DNA of 64,000 bases from Octopus vulgaris. Lineage: Eukaryota. The notes under the pieces are model-generated. The model saw only the letters and a list, made by a program, of their open reading frames with translations, made no database searches and was not told the origin of the DNA. This document shows, piece by piece, positions 14,896 to 27,725 of the stretch. Position 1 is the first letter of the stretch; the number at the start of each line of letters is the position of its first letter. The stretch is taken from assembly GCA_951406725.2 (NCBI GenBank), contig OX597829.1:36270001-36334000 (forward strand), written 5' to 3'. The position numbers were made by a program, and so were the translations under genes.

Positions 14896-16706
14896 ATATA
14901 TATACAAACCTACATGCATACATACATACATACATACATACATACATACATACATACATACATACATACATACATACATACATACATACATACATACATA
15001 CATACATACAGAAGCACACAGAAAGTTTAAATGAAATTTTCTAAATTATCTAAATTTAATCTTTTAGATAGTCAGGCGAAACATTCTACATATTTTTTAC
15101 TATCATCTGAATTGCTGCAATGCAAAATTTCAAACAAGATGCAATATACCCTTATTCGGTTATTAAGCAAATCTCTGTGCCTGTTTGCCAGTTAAGGTCT
15201 GAAATATCTTCTTGCATCTATGAAGATTTGGCGAATGTTCTTTAGATTGAACGCAGAACTTTCGAGATCGAACGAGTTTGGACCCTTGTTGACAAGTATT
15301 GAAGATGGCTCTCATTAGCAAACACACACACACACAAAAATTCTTCAAAATGTTTTCAAAGTTCTTGAACTCAAGCATAAGAGCACTCTTTGTTAAGTAC
15401 ATCATGTTTAGTATAAGTTACAGAAAACCTGAGTATGCAACACATTGATGCAAAATCTGACCCCTAATTCTCGACACGCAATCAAAAGCCGTGTTACAAC
15501 ATGTATTTTGAGTGACTTAAGAAGACCAGTGCAGATGAACTCGGAGGAATATTCTCTGTAACACAATGTGCAACAGTTTTTTTCACACTGTTAGTATGGG
15601 ATGATGATCTTGGGCGTTTTATGATTAGGAGTAAATATCGTGCAATTAAATGTTTCGAGGTATAATTTAAATGCTTGTTCTATTTACTCTGTAATAAACT
15701 GCTTTGACGGGGCTTCATGCACATGCAAAGCTATATACATGCAAATATTTCGTAAATTACTATTTGGCTTTCGATACAAAAATACACACTTCCTCTCTTA
15801 CAATTCTAAAGAGATAAAAGAAAGGGTAATATATCTAGTAGATATATTAGACGCAAGTAGAGTGGTGTTTATCTGGGGCTCAGAAAATGCTTCAAGACTT
15901 GTTTCATTGTGTGTCAAAGATAGGATCATCTCCAGCAGAAAATAAAATTCGTTTTATTTCGGCCTTTAATGAATGGTTTTGCAATTAATATTGTTTTATT
16001 CAATTCGTTGAGACTCATTATCTTCCAACTGTAATACTTCTTAAGAACTATATTTCTTTAATGGAGTATGATAAAATATCATTAGAAAAGAAAAATGACC
16101 TAATCAATATTTTAGCTACGGGCGATGAATTAAGTCTACACAGATCATAATGCAAAATAGTAGTTTTAGTTCATCTAATGGAGATATCTATTTAATGAGA
16201 GTGCAGAACGACTTGGCATATAGTCAATACGAGGAATTTACATCTATGTCATTTGAACAAAGAAGTTGGGTTCACCTCAAATATATTGCATTAAAAATAT
16301 CAAATATTCACAAGTTAACAGAATATGAAGTTGTTTCGATAGATATTCATCTCATCAGCCGATGTTATAAAGACACTTAATCTAACTATACAACATGTAG
16401 CTGTAGATAAGATATATACACGAATACATATAAACAAAAATACCCTGTTACTGACGTTGAAATTCCAATGAAGGAGTCTTGGATCTAAGTTAGAAACCGC
16501 TCTTTCTCTATTGGCAAGAAATCTTGAAATAAAAGTGAACAATGACACATACATACATACATACATACATACATAAATACATACATACATACATACATAA
16601 ATACATACATACATACATACATACATACATACATACATACATACATACATACATACATACATACGTACACATATCGATACAGATATACATGCATATATAC
16701 ATACAT

Positions 16707-17020
16707 GTGGAGGTGCAATGGCCCAGTGGTTAAGGCTGCGGACTCACGGTCGTAGGATCGCGGTTTCGATTCCCAGACAGGGCATTGTGAGTGTTTATTG
16801 AGCGAAAACACCTAAAGCTCCACGAGGCTCTGGCAGGGGGTGGTGGCGATCCCTGCTGTACTCTTTCACCACAACTTTCTCTCACTCTTTCTTCTGTTGG
16901 CCTGCTCGCTTAGCCAGTGGAGTGGCGTCATTTGAAGGCTAAAACAATGCGAAGCGCATTGTGACCAGCGATGTGAAGCAACATCTGATGGCCTGGTCGG
17001 TCACGATGATCACGATGATA
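16707..17020 (+). mobile_element. tRNA-derived SINE, family C (near full length)
   Basis: A box TGGCCCAGTGG, B box GGTTTCGATTCCC, then TTGAGCGAAAACAC body. Ends in a CACGATGAT repeat. Confidence 0.85.
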
Positions 17021-17845
17021 TACATACATACTCATATATATAGATGCACATATGTATACAGATGAAATTTTAAAGACTCATTTTTTGTATCTGTCTGTTG
17101 CTAATTGTCTATTTTATTGTTATTACGTAGACAAAGCACACGTATTCTTTCAGACGCTTTTCATTAGAATCACCTGAAATATGACGAGCGTATTTCACGT
17201 GCGAGTGAAATGTCTTACAATCTACTAATCGATCAAACGTTTACAGGCAAAGACAATAACTGCATGTACAAACATATGTACCACACACACGCAAACACAT
17301 ACACACATACATACACACGCATGCACACACATACACATATACGGCAGGATTCTTTCAGTGTGCGCCTATCAAATCCACTAACAAGTTTTTGCCCAACGTG
17401 CCACGCAGTGGGACTGAACCCGGGGCAAAACAAACGATGTTGTTAAACCTCCGTTAACAGCAACGTATGTAGGCCCTTTCCGTTTTCTTTCACGGACGGG
17501 TAAAATCTTCACTAAAGGTCTTAATGGTCGCAAAGACTAAAAGACTAAAAGTGGAGAGACTTAAAGAAAGGCCTTCATAGAGAAAACTCTCCCTGTTCCC
17601 ACTGCAGACAACAAACACACAGCTTTACAAACACAGCCCGCACACCCACATTCACATTACATGACTACCATTGGGATCGATCAAGTACCAGATAAGGATT
17701 CTGGATTATTTTCCCGATATTTTTACTTAATTTTGGGGAGCAGTCGGGTTCATTTCAGTTATTCTTATTTTAAAAATCATCTCCGGCTAATCGTTGAGAG
17801 GACGTTGGTGTTGCCTTGGGGAAAGTTTCCGCTCTCTGAGTATTG

Positions 17846-17902
<57 letters not shown>

Positions 17903-17939
17903 GTTATTCAGTATTGTTATTAGTGTTTTATTTTTATAG

Positions 17940-18068
17940 CGTGCTTTCACTTCACTACCGAGCGCAGCTCTGTGTGCCTTGGGTATGTGCTGTGATTTGT
18001 TGTGATGCTCTGATGGTTATTGTATGGAAAGTGTTCTGCGTAGGATGTGTGCAGTGCCTAGTAGTGCA

Positions 18069-18070
<2 letters not shown>
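17940..18070 (-). mobile_element. 3' end of a Dong/R4-type LINE between (TAA)n tracts
   Basis: The minus strand encodes ALLGTAHILRRTLSIQ*, the typical Dong/R4 ORF C-terminus, followed by a short 3' UTR and (TAA)n. Confidence 0.75.
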
Positions 18071-18118
<48 letters not shown>

Positions 18119-18122
18119 TATT

Positions 18123-18165
<43 letters not shown>

Positions 18166-18406
18166 CCATCACCATCATCATCATCATCATCATCATCATC
18201 ATTATCATCATCATCATCATCATCATCAATAATATTAATGCACTAACTTTTTGTATTTATACGTACGTACCTGTGGTGTGTACCACACTTACTTCAGAGG
18301 AAGGGGTATAAAGGCTGAAGGGAGAGGTACAAGGGAAAAGAGAAATAAAAGGTGCTAAGCAGAGGAGGTATAGTTGATGTGAGTGCCAAAGCGGGAGAAA
18401 GGAACT

Positions 18407-18439
<33 letters not shown>

Positions 18440-18449
<10 letters not shown>

Positions 18450-18786
18450 TGATTGGTGTCTGAATGGAAAGTGGCGTTCCTTTTTTTTTTTTCGTTTTCA
18501 AATGTTTATCAGTATTTTCGGAGTAGACTGATGCATACATCGAAAGAAAAATAGATACATATATACACAGATACATATATACACAGACACATACACACAT
18601 TGTTAAATTAAAAGTGGGACCGCGAGGATGTGAGACGGAAACAGAGAGAGACAATGAGTGGTGACTGAAAGGAAGGTGGCGGACGTTTTGCGCTCTTAAA
18701 TGTTTACCAGTATTTTCAGAGTAGGCTGATATATACATCGAAAGAAAAGTAGATACATAGATACATAGACACATTGTTAGATTAAA
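18440..18786. repeat. Diverged ~200-bp tandem duplication
   Basis: AAATGTTTA(T/C)CAGTATTTTC...CATCGAAAGAAAA...CACATTGTTA(A/G)ATTAAA is present at ~18500 and ~18698. Confidence 0.7.
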
Positions 18787-19058
18787 GACAAATAACTTTT
18801 GCAAATACCGGTTGTCGCTTTCACTTTTCAGTACCAGACGAGGATAAAATTAACGTGCAAGTGGTTGAGTACTCCGTAGACTTGCATACCATTAATGTAG
18901 TTCTCAAAGAGATTCAGCTTCACACAGAATGTGATGAGGCTGGCCCCTTTCAATTAGAGCTACAACTCAAGATAAACCTTCAAGTGGTTGGAAAAAAATG
19001 AGAGACCCTATATAGGACAGGGACCCTGTCTGGAACTGCATCAGGGCATTTATTATAA

Positions 19059-19106
<48 letters not shown>

Positions 19107-19609
19107 GAGTGAGAGAACAGTACATGCCATCAAAACCTAGCAAGTGTACCTGCCATATACTGCGTTTGTGGTATTGACTAATACTTCACAACAATTCTAA
19201 CTTTCTACCTAAGCCAGAAAAAAATTATTATTATTTAAAACAGACCCTGTTTAGTTATCGTCATCGTTATATTTGTCATTAGCATTACCATTATTAGTAT
19301 CGTTTGTCACCGTCTTCATATAGTCTCAGAACGGTGAGAGAAGAATCACTTGGCATCTGCAAGTTTCAGTTAATTAAAACAATTTTCTTCTCCGTCAATC
19401 TAATTGAATCAAAGAAAATGTTTACAGTAGACATACACGAGCAAACCTACTATTCCATAAACGTGCAAACATGCTCACACACACACATGCCCACACGCAC
19501 ACATACGCGCGCGCATTTGTGTGTGTAGAGGAGATTTCTGTGACAGTCATGAATCCATATATTGCACTACAAATACGTATATATATATGTATATATATTC
19601 TTCTAATCT

Positions 19610-19983
19610 TTTATTGTTTTACTTGTTTCAGTTAGTAGACTGCGGCCATGCTGGAGCACCGCCTTGATGTGTTTTTGTCGAACAATTCGACCCTGAAATT
19701 AATTTTTAAACTTAGTACTTATTCAATCGGTCTCTGCTTGGTTACGGAGACATTTACACACTAACGCCGGTAGTCAAACGCTGAAGGGCAGACAAACACA
19801 CGCACATAGATATATATACCTATGTGTGTGTGTGTGTGGCTTCTTTCAGTTTCCATCTACCAAATCCAATCACAAGGCTTTGGTACGTCCGAGGCTACAG
19901 AAGACAGTTGCCCAAGGTGCTTCGCAGTGAGACTGAACCCGAAACCATGTGGTTGGGAAGCAAGTTTCTTAAAACAGCCACGC
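19610..19983 (-). mobile_element. CORE-type SINE, family B
   Basis: Reverse complement of the GTGGCTGT...CCTTGGGCAA...GATTTGGTAGATGGAAACTGAAAGAAGC head and of the GCTCCAGCATGGCCGCAGT tail. Confidence 0.8.
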
Positions 19984-20692
19984 TTCACAAATATCACACA
20001 TACGTCGGTGAGAATACACACACACATACAAATGCTCACATAGTATATATATATATGGCGTATTATGCCAACATACATAGGTTTATGTAACTATCTGAGT
20101 ATGTATGTGCGTGTTTGCGTGTGTATAGATGTATATGTCTGATTCAATGAGTGACTGTGCATTTAAGTGTCAGATAAGTACTTTTGGGTATAGATGTGTT
20201 ACTGAGCTGTATATTTCCATTCGTTTTTGGGTGTTTTAAAACATTTTGTCAGCACTTCAGTCACTAATAATCTGTCAGTTCTCTTTTTAGAGGTGCAAAT
20301 ACAGAACAAGCAAGCACACACACACACACACACATACACAGAGGCACACACATACATACACCACATACTCACATACGCTCATACGCGCACGCATGCAGAC
20401 AGAGACGCTCGCCATGTTGAAGATTAACATCGAATCTTTTGAACTGATACGTCTTTCATTTTGAAGATGTCCTCAAATAAATCTATGTCTTTTCTTATTC
20501 TCCTACAATGTATATAATTCGCCTATGTTTAAGTTCTTTTACGCTTGTTCCAATTTTTCCCTATTTCCGTATTTCCTTTCATGACCTTTGTTTTTATTTG
20601 ATCTCGTTTCATCTCTACTTCTTTTGTCTTCATATTATCAAGTGTCGTATAGTAGTTCATGAAAAATAACATATATAGATTCAAATAAATGC

Positions 20693-20763
<71 letters not shown>

Positions 20764-21210
20764 TGCATATATATATATATGTGTGTGCGTGTGTGTATGT
20801 ATACATATATTTATAGATAAATCTGTGTGGAAAGAGAATGTTCTTTCCTATGGATATTTATCCAAGCGCATACCTGTTTAACTCTATATCAATTAACGAT
20901 ACTGGAAATTCCACATGTGCGTATGTATGATACTTGGGTTTATCGTTGATTCTTCTTCGATATTAGTACCTTACTCTTCTGAAACTCCAGTTGTCGCCAT
21001 AGATGTTTCCAACTTTTCGATAGAAGAGAACATTTTTAACAATACAAAGAAAATGGAGAATGCATTCACAGAATAATCAATATATTGCAACAGGAATTGA
21101 CTATTATAATTATATCGATTATTCAATGTATGCATTCTCGATTTGTTTTGTATTGTGTATATATATATATATATATATATATACATACACACACGCACAC
21201 ACATATATGA

Positions 21211-22218
21211 AACATAATTAGAGGATAAAACTCATTAAAATTAATGAAGTTTATCAGTGGTCAGCATATAAAAGCCTTTTAGGTAAAATACATTTATAGA
21301 TATATATAATTATATTGGGTACAATTGTACTTAAGGGCACAAAAGTTATTATACCTATATACTGAAAGAATATGTCCTACGTATTTCTATATATATGTCT
21401 ATATACTATATAGGCTATTATGCCTATATACTGAAAGAATACGTCGCATACGCTCCACCACTTCAAATATTCACTCCATAAAGAATTACACAGTTTGAAA
21501 GTAGGAAAACAGACTGGTTAAAAATACATAAAATAATTCAGATAGTTTGGGACTGATCAATTTCTGGATTAGTTTAGTAACTTTTCGTTCATCAGCAAAA
21601 CACTGTGGGCAAAATAAATGAAAATATTTATGCATACCCTCAGTAAAACATACGCAAAATTCGAGTACATATAAATATTCGCAAATATATATGTATCGAA
21701 TTTCGCAGTACACCTGAACACATGTGTATTCGGTCAGTATAGAACAGAGGTAAATAAAGTAACCCAAAGTGAATGGGTTATATTTAAAACATAATTAGAG
21801 GATAAAATTCTTAAAATTATTGAATTTTATCAGTGACCAGCATATAAAAACCTTTTAGGTAAAATGCATTTCTAGAGGCATATAATTGTATAGGGTACAG
21901 TTATCCTTAAGGGTGAAATTCAATGCGTATATATTTGTGAATATTTATATGCACTCGCATTTTGCATATGCTTTTCTAAGGATGTGTATAGATATTTTCA
22001 TTTATTTGGCTCAGTGTGTTTTGCTGATGAAGGAAAATTGATCAATCCAAAACTATCAATTATTTTATGAATTTTTAGTAAGTCTGCTTTCCCGCCATCA
22101 ACCTGTGTAACTATTTGCAGAGTAAATATTTCAAGTGGTAAGATGTATTCGGCGTGTTCTTTCAGCATATAAGCATTATAGCTTTTGTGCTCTTAAGTAT
22201 AATTGGACCTTCTACAAT
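21211..22218. mobile_element. Compound direct plus inverted repeat element resembling Penelope pseudo-LTR arrangements
   Basis: Direct repeat AACATAATTAGAGGATAAAA... at 21211 and ~21789. ~21310-21705 is an inverted copy of ~21915-22218. Both inverted arms contain TTTTGCTGATGAA. Confidence 0.65.
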
Positions 22219-22230
22219 TCTTTCTCTCTC

Positions 22231-22293
<63 letters not shown>

Positions 22294-22295
<2 letters not shown>

Positions 22296-22467
22296 AGGAG
22301 AGGCTGTGTGATGAGTAGCTTGCTTACCAACCACATGTTTCCGGGTTCAGTCCCACTGCGTGGCATCTTGGGCAAATGTCTTCTACTATAGCCTCGGGCT
22401 GACCAAAGCCTTGTGAGTGGATTTGGTCGACGGAAACTGAAAGTAGCCCGTCGTATATATGTATATG

Positions 22468-22502
<35 letters not shown>

Positions 22503-22707
22503 TTATGTCTGCGTTTGTCGCCCCCTCCCAACATCGCTTGATAAACCGATGGTGGTATGTTTACGTCCACATAACTTAGCGGTTCGGCAAAGGGGACCGA
22601 TAGAATAAGTACTAGGCTTACAGATAATAAGTCCTGGGATTAATTTCCTCGACTAAAGCCGGTGCTCCAGCATGGCCGCAGTCAAATGACAGAAACAAGT
22701 AAAAGAG

Positions 22708-22708
<1 letters not shown>
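22294..22708 (+). mobile_element. CORE-type SINE, family B (full length, internal microsatellite)
   Basis: Head GGCTGTGTG..., B box GGGTTCAGTCCC, CORE-like TCTTGGGCAAATG and tail GCTCCAGCATGGCCGCAGTCAAATGAC. Confidence 0.85.
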
Positions 22709-22803
<95 letters not shown>

Positions 22804-22804
22804 C

Positions 22805-22845
<41 letters not shown>

Positions 22846-22999
22846 TAACTTCATTTTATTTCGAACTTGCTCTCGAAGTACATAAAGTTATAAATAATAG
22901 CATGTACAAAATTGTAAAACACTTTTCAGTAGAAAACGTCTAAGGTTGCAGCTTCGAGAACCAACTGAAAAAAGAGAATTATTCCATGTTCTCTCGAAA

Positions 23000-23289
23000 T
23001 TTTGTATATAAAAGTGAAGTTGTGTGAGTGTCTGTCTCCTACGATTTAGATTCCTAACTACTCCCACATTTTGTGGTGCAGTTTAACCAAAACCGGGTAT
23101 CTTATAGTCGTGATTCATATCGAGCCCTTCTGGGTATTAGCGTGAGTCTACGATTAAAAAAAAATTTACCATCATTTTTACCCATTTTTAATGCATATTT
23201 TTGCTATTATATAAGGGAAGTAACTCTCTAAAAATGCTTATATAGTTATTTCCCTTACAAACCCGAGCAACGCCGGGCGATACTGCTAG
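23000..23289 (+). mobile_element. Non-autonomous Helitron
   Basis: Ends CCCGAGCAACGCCGGG (hairpin)-CGATACTG-CTAG|T. The 5' TATATAAAAGTGAAG is shared with the copy at 44225-44623. Confidence 0.8.
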
Positions 23290-24325
23290 TATTGTATATA
23301 GGTTATCTAATCTATATATAGATTATCTAATCTATATATAGAGTATCTAATCTATATAAGTATATAGATTAGATTACTCCGTTTGTGGTAATGCATCATG
23401 ATTCAGAATTGGTATTCAACGCAAGTGAAAGCTCATCTACTTTCCACGTTCACTACAGCAGTTTGTTTTAAAGCCTGCACACAAGTTTTGTAGACGTTAA
23501 ATTTTTAAACAATACTAGAAACTCAGTAACAAAATAGTAACGAAGCATATACGTTTCTGATATTCTAGTAATGGATCAACTCTATTTGTTCGACGATGGT
23601 TCAAGACTCCTAGTTAAGAAACTAAAAGTATAATGTATTATTACCTCTAATGGTCTATATCACCGGATTATTACTACACACGCGCACGTATTTATCTTCT
23701 TATCCGTATTATATCTAATTCCATAAACGAAATCAAATGGTGGTTATTTTAAACAGTGAGATACTAAGTATATTTGCTATGGTTTGTTAGTAGATAACAG
23801 ACATATAGAGAATTTGATATACCTGTTTGTGTCGAGTCAATGTCAGCTATTTTTTTGTTTAGTTTAGACCAGATATGCGTTCTTCTTTGGTGTTTTTGCA
23901 TATGTCTAAGTCCTGTGCCTATGCGAAGTAATGTAGGACAAGTGTCGTGCCGGTGATGATGTTTGTTGTGAACTGCGGGTACAACTGTCTTCTAATCACA
24001 AGAAAAAAAAAACTCCTTTTACTTAATGGCTCGTCAGCTTTGGAGAATACTTGATTCTTGAGATGATCTCCTCTTCTCAAACGGCACTGGCCTCAAATAC
24101 CATTTGGTAATTAGGCATCTTCTTGGGTCGAAAATACTTTTAATAAATCAAAAATTCATCTTTTATGGCGTTTAGTATACCTGTATTTCTCTAAATATGT
24201 AGATAGATAGAAAGATATACATACATGCATCCATGCATACATACATACATACATACATACAAACAAACATACATACATACATACATACATACATACATAC
24301 ATACATACATACATACATACATACA

Positions 24326-24358
<33 letters not shown>

Positions 24359-24875
24359 TCATAAATACATACATACTTATATTCATACATACATACATAC
24401 ATACATACATACATACATACATACATACATACATACATACATACATACATACATACATACATACATACATACTGCCTAAATACCAATCTTGAGAAATTAG
24501 GCTTCTCCGGGATAAGGCTTTGTCACTGCGGATAGATCATATTACTTGGGTCTTCAAATACACAAATTTTCATTTCCATTTCCCACGATTTAAACATCCT
24601 TAAAAAAGCAGTACCATTGCAGTTTTTAACCACATGTCTATTTATATCAAGCTGACCTGCAACGATTGGTGTTCCAGTCTTGACTGTCACGTCTTTTATA
24701 TTGTATATCTTAGTATAGTATATATATATATAGCTTCTGTGCTATGGAATTGAAACTGAAAAGCACGTGGCTGCAAAGCGAAATTTCGAATCACTTAAGA
24801 AATCTATGAATAAACGAAACGAAATAGTTCAATAGGAAATCGAACTTCGATCATAAATCTGACTTCCTACAGACT

Positions 24876-24937
<62 letters not shown>

Positions 24938-24972
24938 TTACTACTACTGCTGCTGCTGCTGCTGCTTCTACA

Positions 24973-25013
<41 letters not shown>

Positions 25014-25736
25014 TTCTACTATTAATACTACTGTCTATGATTACTGTACGTATCACTATTCTATCTTGTTTGTACTTTAATACGATATGGATGAAAAGAG
25101 CTTCGCTGCTTACTGGATGATGACGCAGCCTACTTAGATGTTTACACCCAAACTGGCAGTAATTGATAAGCGAAGCAGACGACGTTTGCTTGGGGATTAT
25201 TCATAATATAACGATAATAACATATAGCATAAGAGGGATTAAAGCCCTGGGCAGCTATATATTTTGTTAAGGATTTGCATGCAGTAAGGTAGGCGTGGCC
25301 GATATGCCGAATGACAGATGGGGAGGTAGCATTTGCCGACATCGATTTTTCAACGCGCGCGCATTCACTCACACACACACACAAACACACACACACACAA
25401 ACGCGTGCACACACACACACGCACACACACACACACACACTTGTTTTTCGTTTTTCGGCCTCCGTTTTATAATTCATTTTCTTCTCCACCCATTTTCATT
25501 CACTCCGCACGCACGCACGCACGCGCGCACGTACGCACAAACACAAACACAAACACTTTCCTTTTTTCTTTCCCACTAATTCGTGGCTACTTCCTTTTTT
25601 TTTTTCTTCTATGTCCCTTATTTTAATCTACTCTTTTGACACTACTTCTGTTATTCAATATTTTATTTCTCTTCTCGCTTTTCCCATTCATCTCTCTTTC
25701 TTTCTCTCTCTCCCCTCTTTTTCTCTCCCCCTCCCC

Positions 25737-25777
<41 letters not shown>

Positions 25778-26104
25778 TACACAGTGTCTGCGTGTGTATA
25801 CCTTCCGCTTTCTCTCTGTCTCAGTCTCTCTTTACACATTCTCCGTCACTCGGTCAATATCATCTTTCTTCTTCAGCGGTGATACCTTCAATATCGTTTG
25901 TCCTTACATTTTTACAGAATGGTAGATTACTTCGCTAACATTCGTTCTATATGGCAAATAAGTGAGGCACAACACAAAACACCTCAGAATCGACTGGAAA
26001 TATCGTTAAAAAAAAAACAGTTCTTGTTCCACAACACACTAGGGCGAAGATTTACCTGCCTGGTCGAACAGAATTTTGTTCACTTCTGAAGATGGATGTA
26101 AGTC

Positions 26105-26174
<70 letters not shown>

Positions 26175-26674
26175 TGTGTCTGTGTCTGTGTCTGTGTGTG
26201 TGTGTGTGTGTGTCTGTGTCTCTGTGTGTGTGTCTGTGTCTGTGTCTCTGTGTGTGTGTGTGTGTCTGTGTCTATGTGTGTGTGTGTGTGTGTATGTGTG
26301 TCTGTGTGTGTGTCTGTGTGTGTATGTGTGTGTGCGTGCGCGCGCGCGTGTGTGTGTGTGTATGTGTGTGTGTGTCTGTGTGTGTCTGTATGTCTGTCTG
26401 TCTGTGTGTGTGTGTGTGTTCTTCGAGTGTGTTTATAAGCATATACAAACATACGTGTGCAAAAAATTTTGTGAATCTTACCTGCTGAAGCACATGTATC
26501 TATACTTTCAAAATATGCGCAAAATTTGTATATCTTCCAAATTCTACATTTGTAGATGTGTTTGCATGGGTTGATGGGTATATGTGTTTATGCGTGTATG
26601 TGTGTTTTTCATAGTCTTCCGATAAAAACCATTCTCGTTCCTCTGTGCATCTTTTCTATATATGTGTGTGTGTA

Positions 26675-26712
<38 letters not shown>

Positions 26713-26747
26713 TGTGTCTGTGTGTGTGTGTGTGTGGCTGTCTGCCT

Positions 26748-27100
26748 GGGAGTAGCTGTGTGGTAGTAAGCTTGCTTCCCAACCACACAGTTCATGCTTG
26801 AGTCCCTCTGCATGGCACCTTGGGCAAGTTTCTTCTATTTTAGCCTCGGACCGACCAAAGCCTTCTGAGTGGATTTGGTTGACGGAAACTGTCTATGTCT
26901 GTGTTTGTCCCCATCACCGCTTGACAACCGGTGTTGGTTAGTATACGTTCCCGTAACTAAGTGCTTCAGCAAAGTGAACGGTAGGATACGTATCAAGCTT
27001 TAAAATAAGTGCTGGATCAATTCGTTCGATTACAATCTTTCAAAGCAGTGTCCCAACAAGGCCGCAATTTCATGATTGAAACAAGTAACGATAAAAAAGA
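26748..27100 (+). mobile_element. CORE-type SINE, family B
   Basis: GGCACCTTGGGCAAGT, GAGTGGATTTGGTTGACGGAAACTG and the family tail. Confidence 0.8.
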
Positions 27101-27153
27101 AGAATATACAATTCCTGTATGCATTATGTTTATATGTGTGTGTTACGCATACA

Positions 27154-27230
<77 letters not shown>

Positions 27231-27437
27231 GTAAGTGGGGTGGGGTAAGCTTACTTTTGTCACTTTAACAACGCGATCAGCACTAAATTAAAATAGACTG
27301 TATAGTTACGACAAATTTCACATTCTTTTGTTTCATAATCATTTCATAATCATTAATTTTCTTCTACTTTTTTAATTATTTTATCATAGCTTTTCATTTC
27401 ACAATCACAAATCGTGATAACAACAATTTATATATAA

Positions 27438-27725
27438 CTAGTAGATATACCCGGCGTTGCTCGGGATTGAAATGTCATAGCTTTTTTATTCTTTTACTTG
27501 CCACAGTCGATTTGACTGCTGTCAAGCTGGAGTACCACAATTAGTCAAAATATTCGACCCCAGGACTTATTTTTATGTAAGCCTAGTACTTATTCTTATC
27601 GCTCTCTTTTGCCGAACCGCTACCTTACGGTGACATACACACACCATCATCGGTTGACAAGGTGGGAGTACAAACATACACACACACACACACAAACAAA
27701 TATACACAAACATACGACGTGCTTC
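27438..27725 (-). mobile_element. Helitron 3' terminus fused to a SINE family B tail
   Basis: A|CTAGTAGATATACCCGGCGTTGCTCGGG (reverse-complement hairpin plus CTAG) runs directly into SINE tail sequence. The same junction occurs at 37722. Confidence 0.65.

Noticed and set aside
16707-16780. tRNA genes at SINE heads (also 36570-36643 and 50085-50162)
   Set aside because: The A/B boxes run into SINE bodies, with no proper acceptor stem or terminator.
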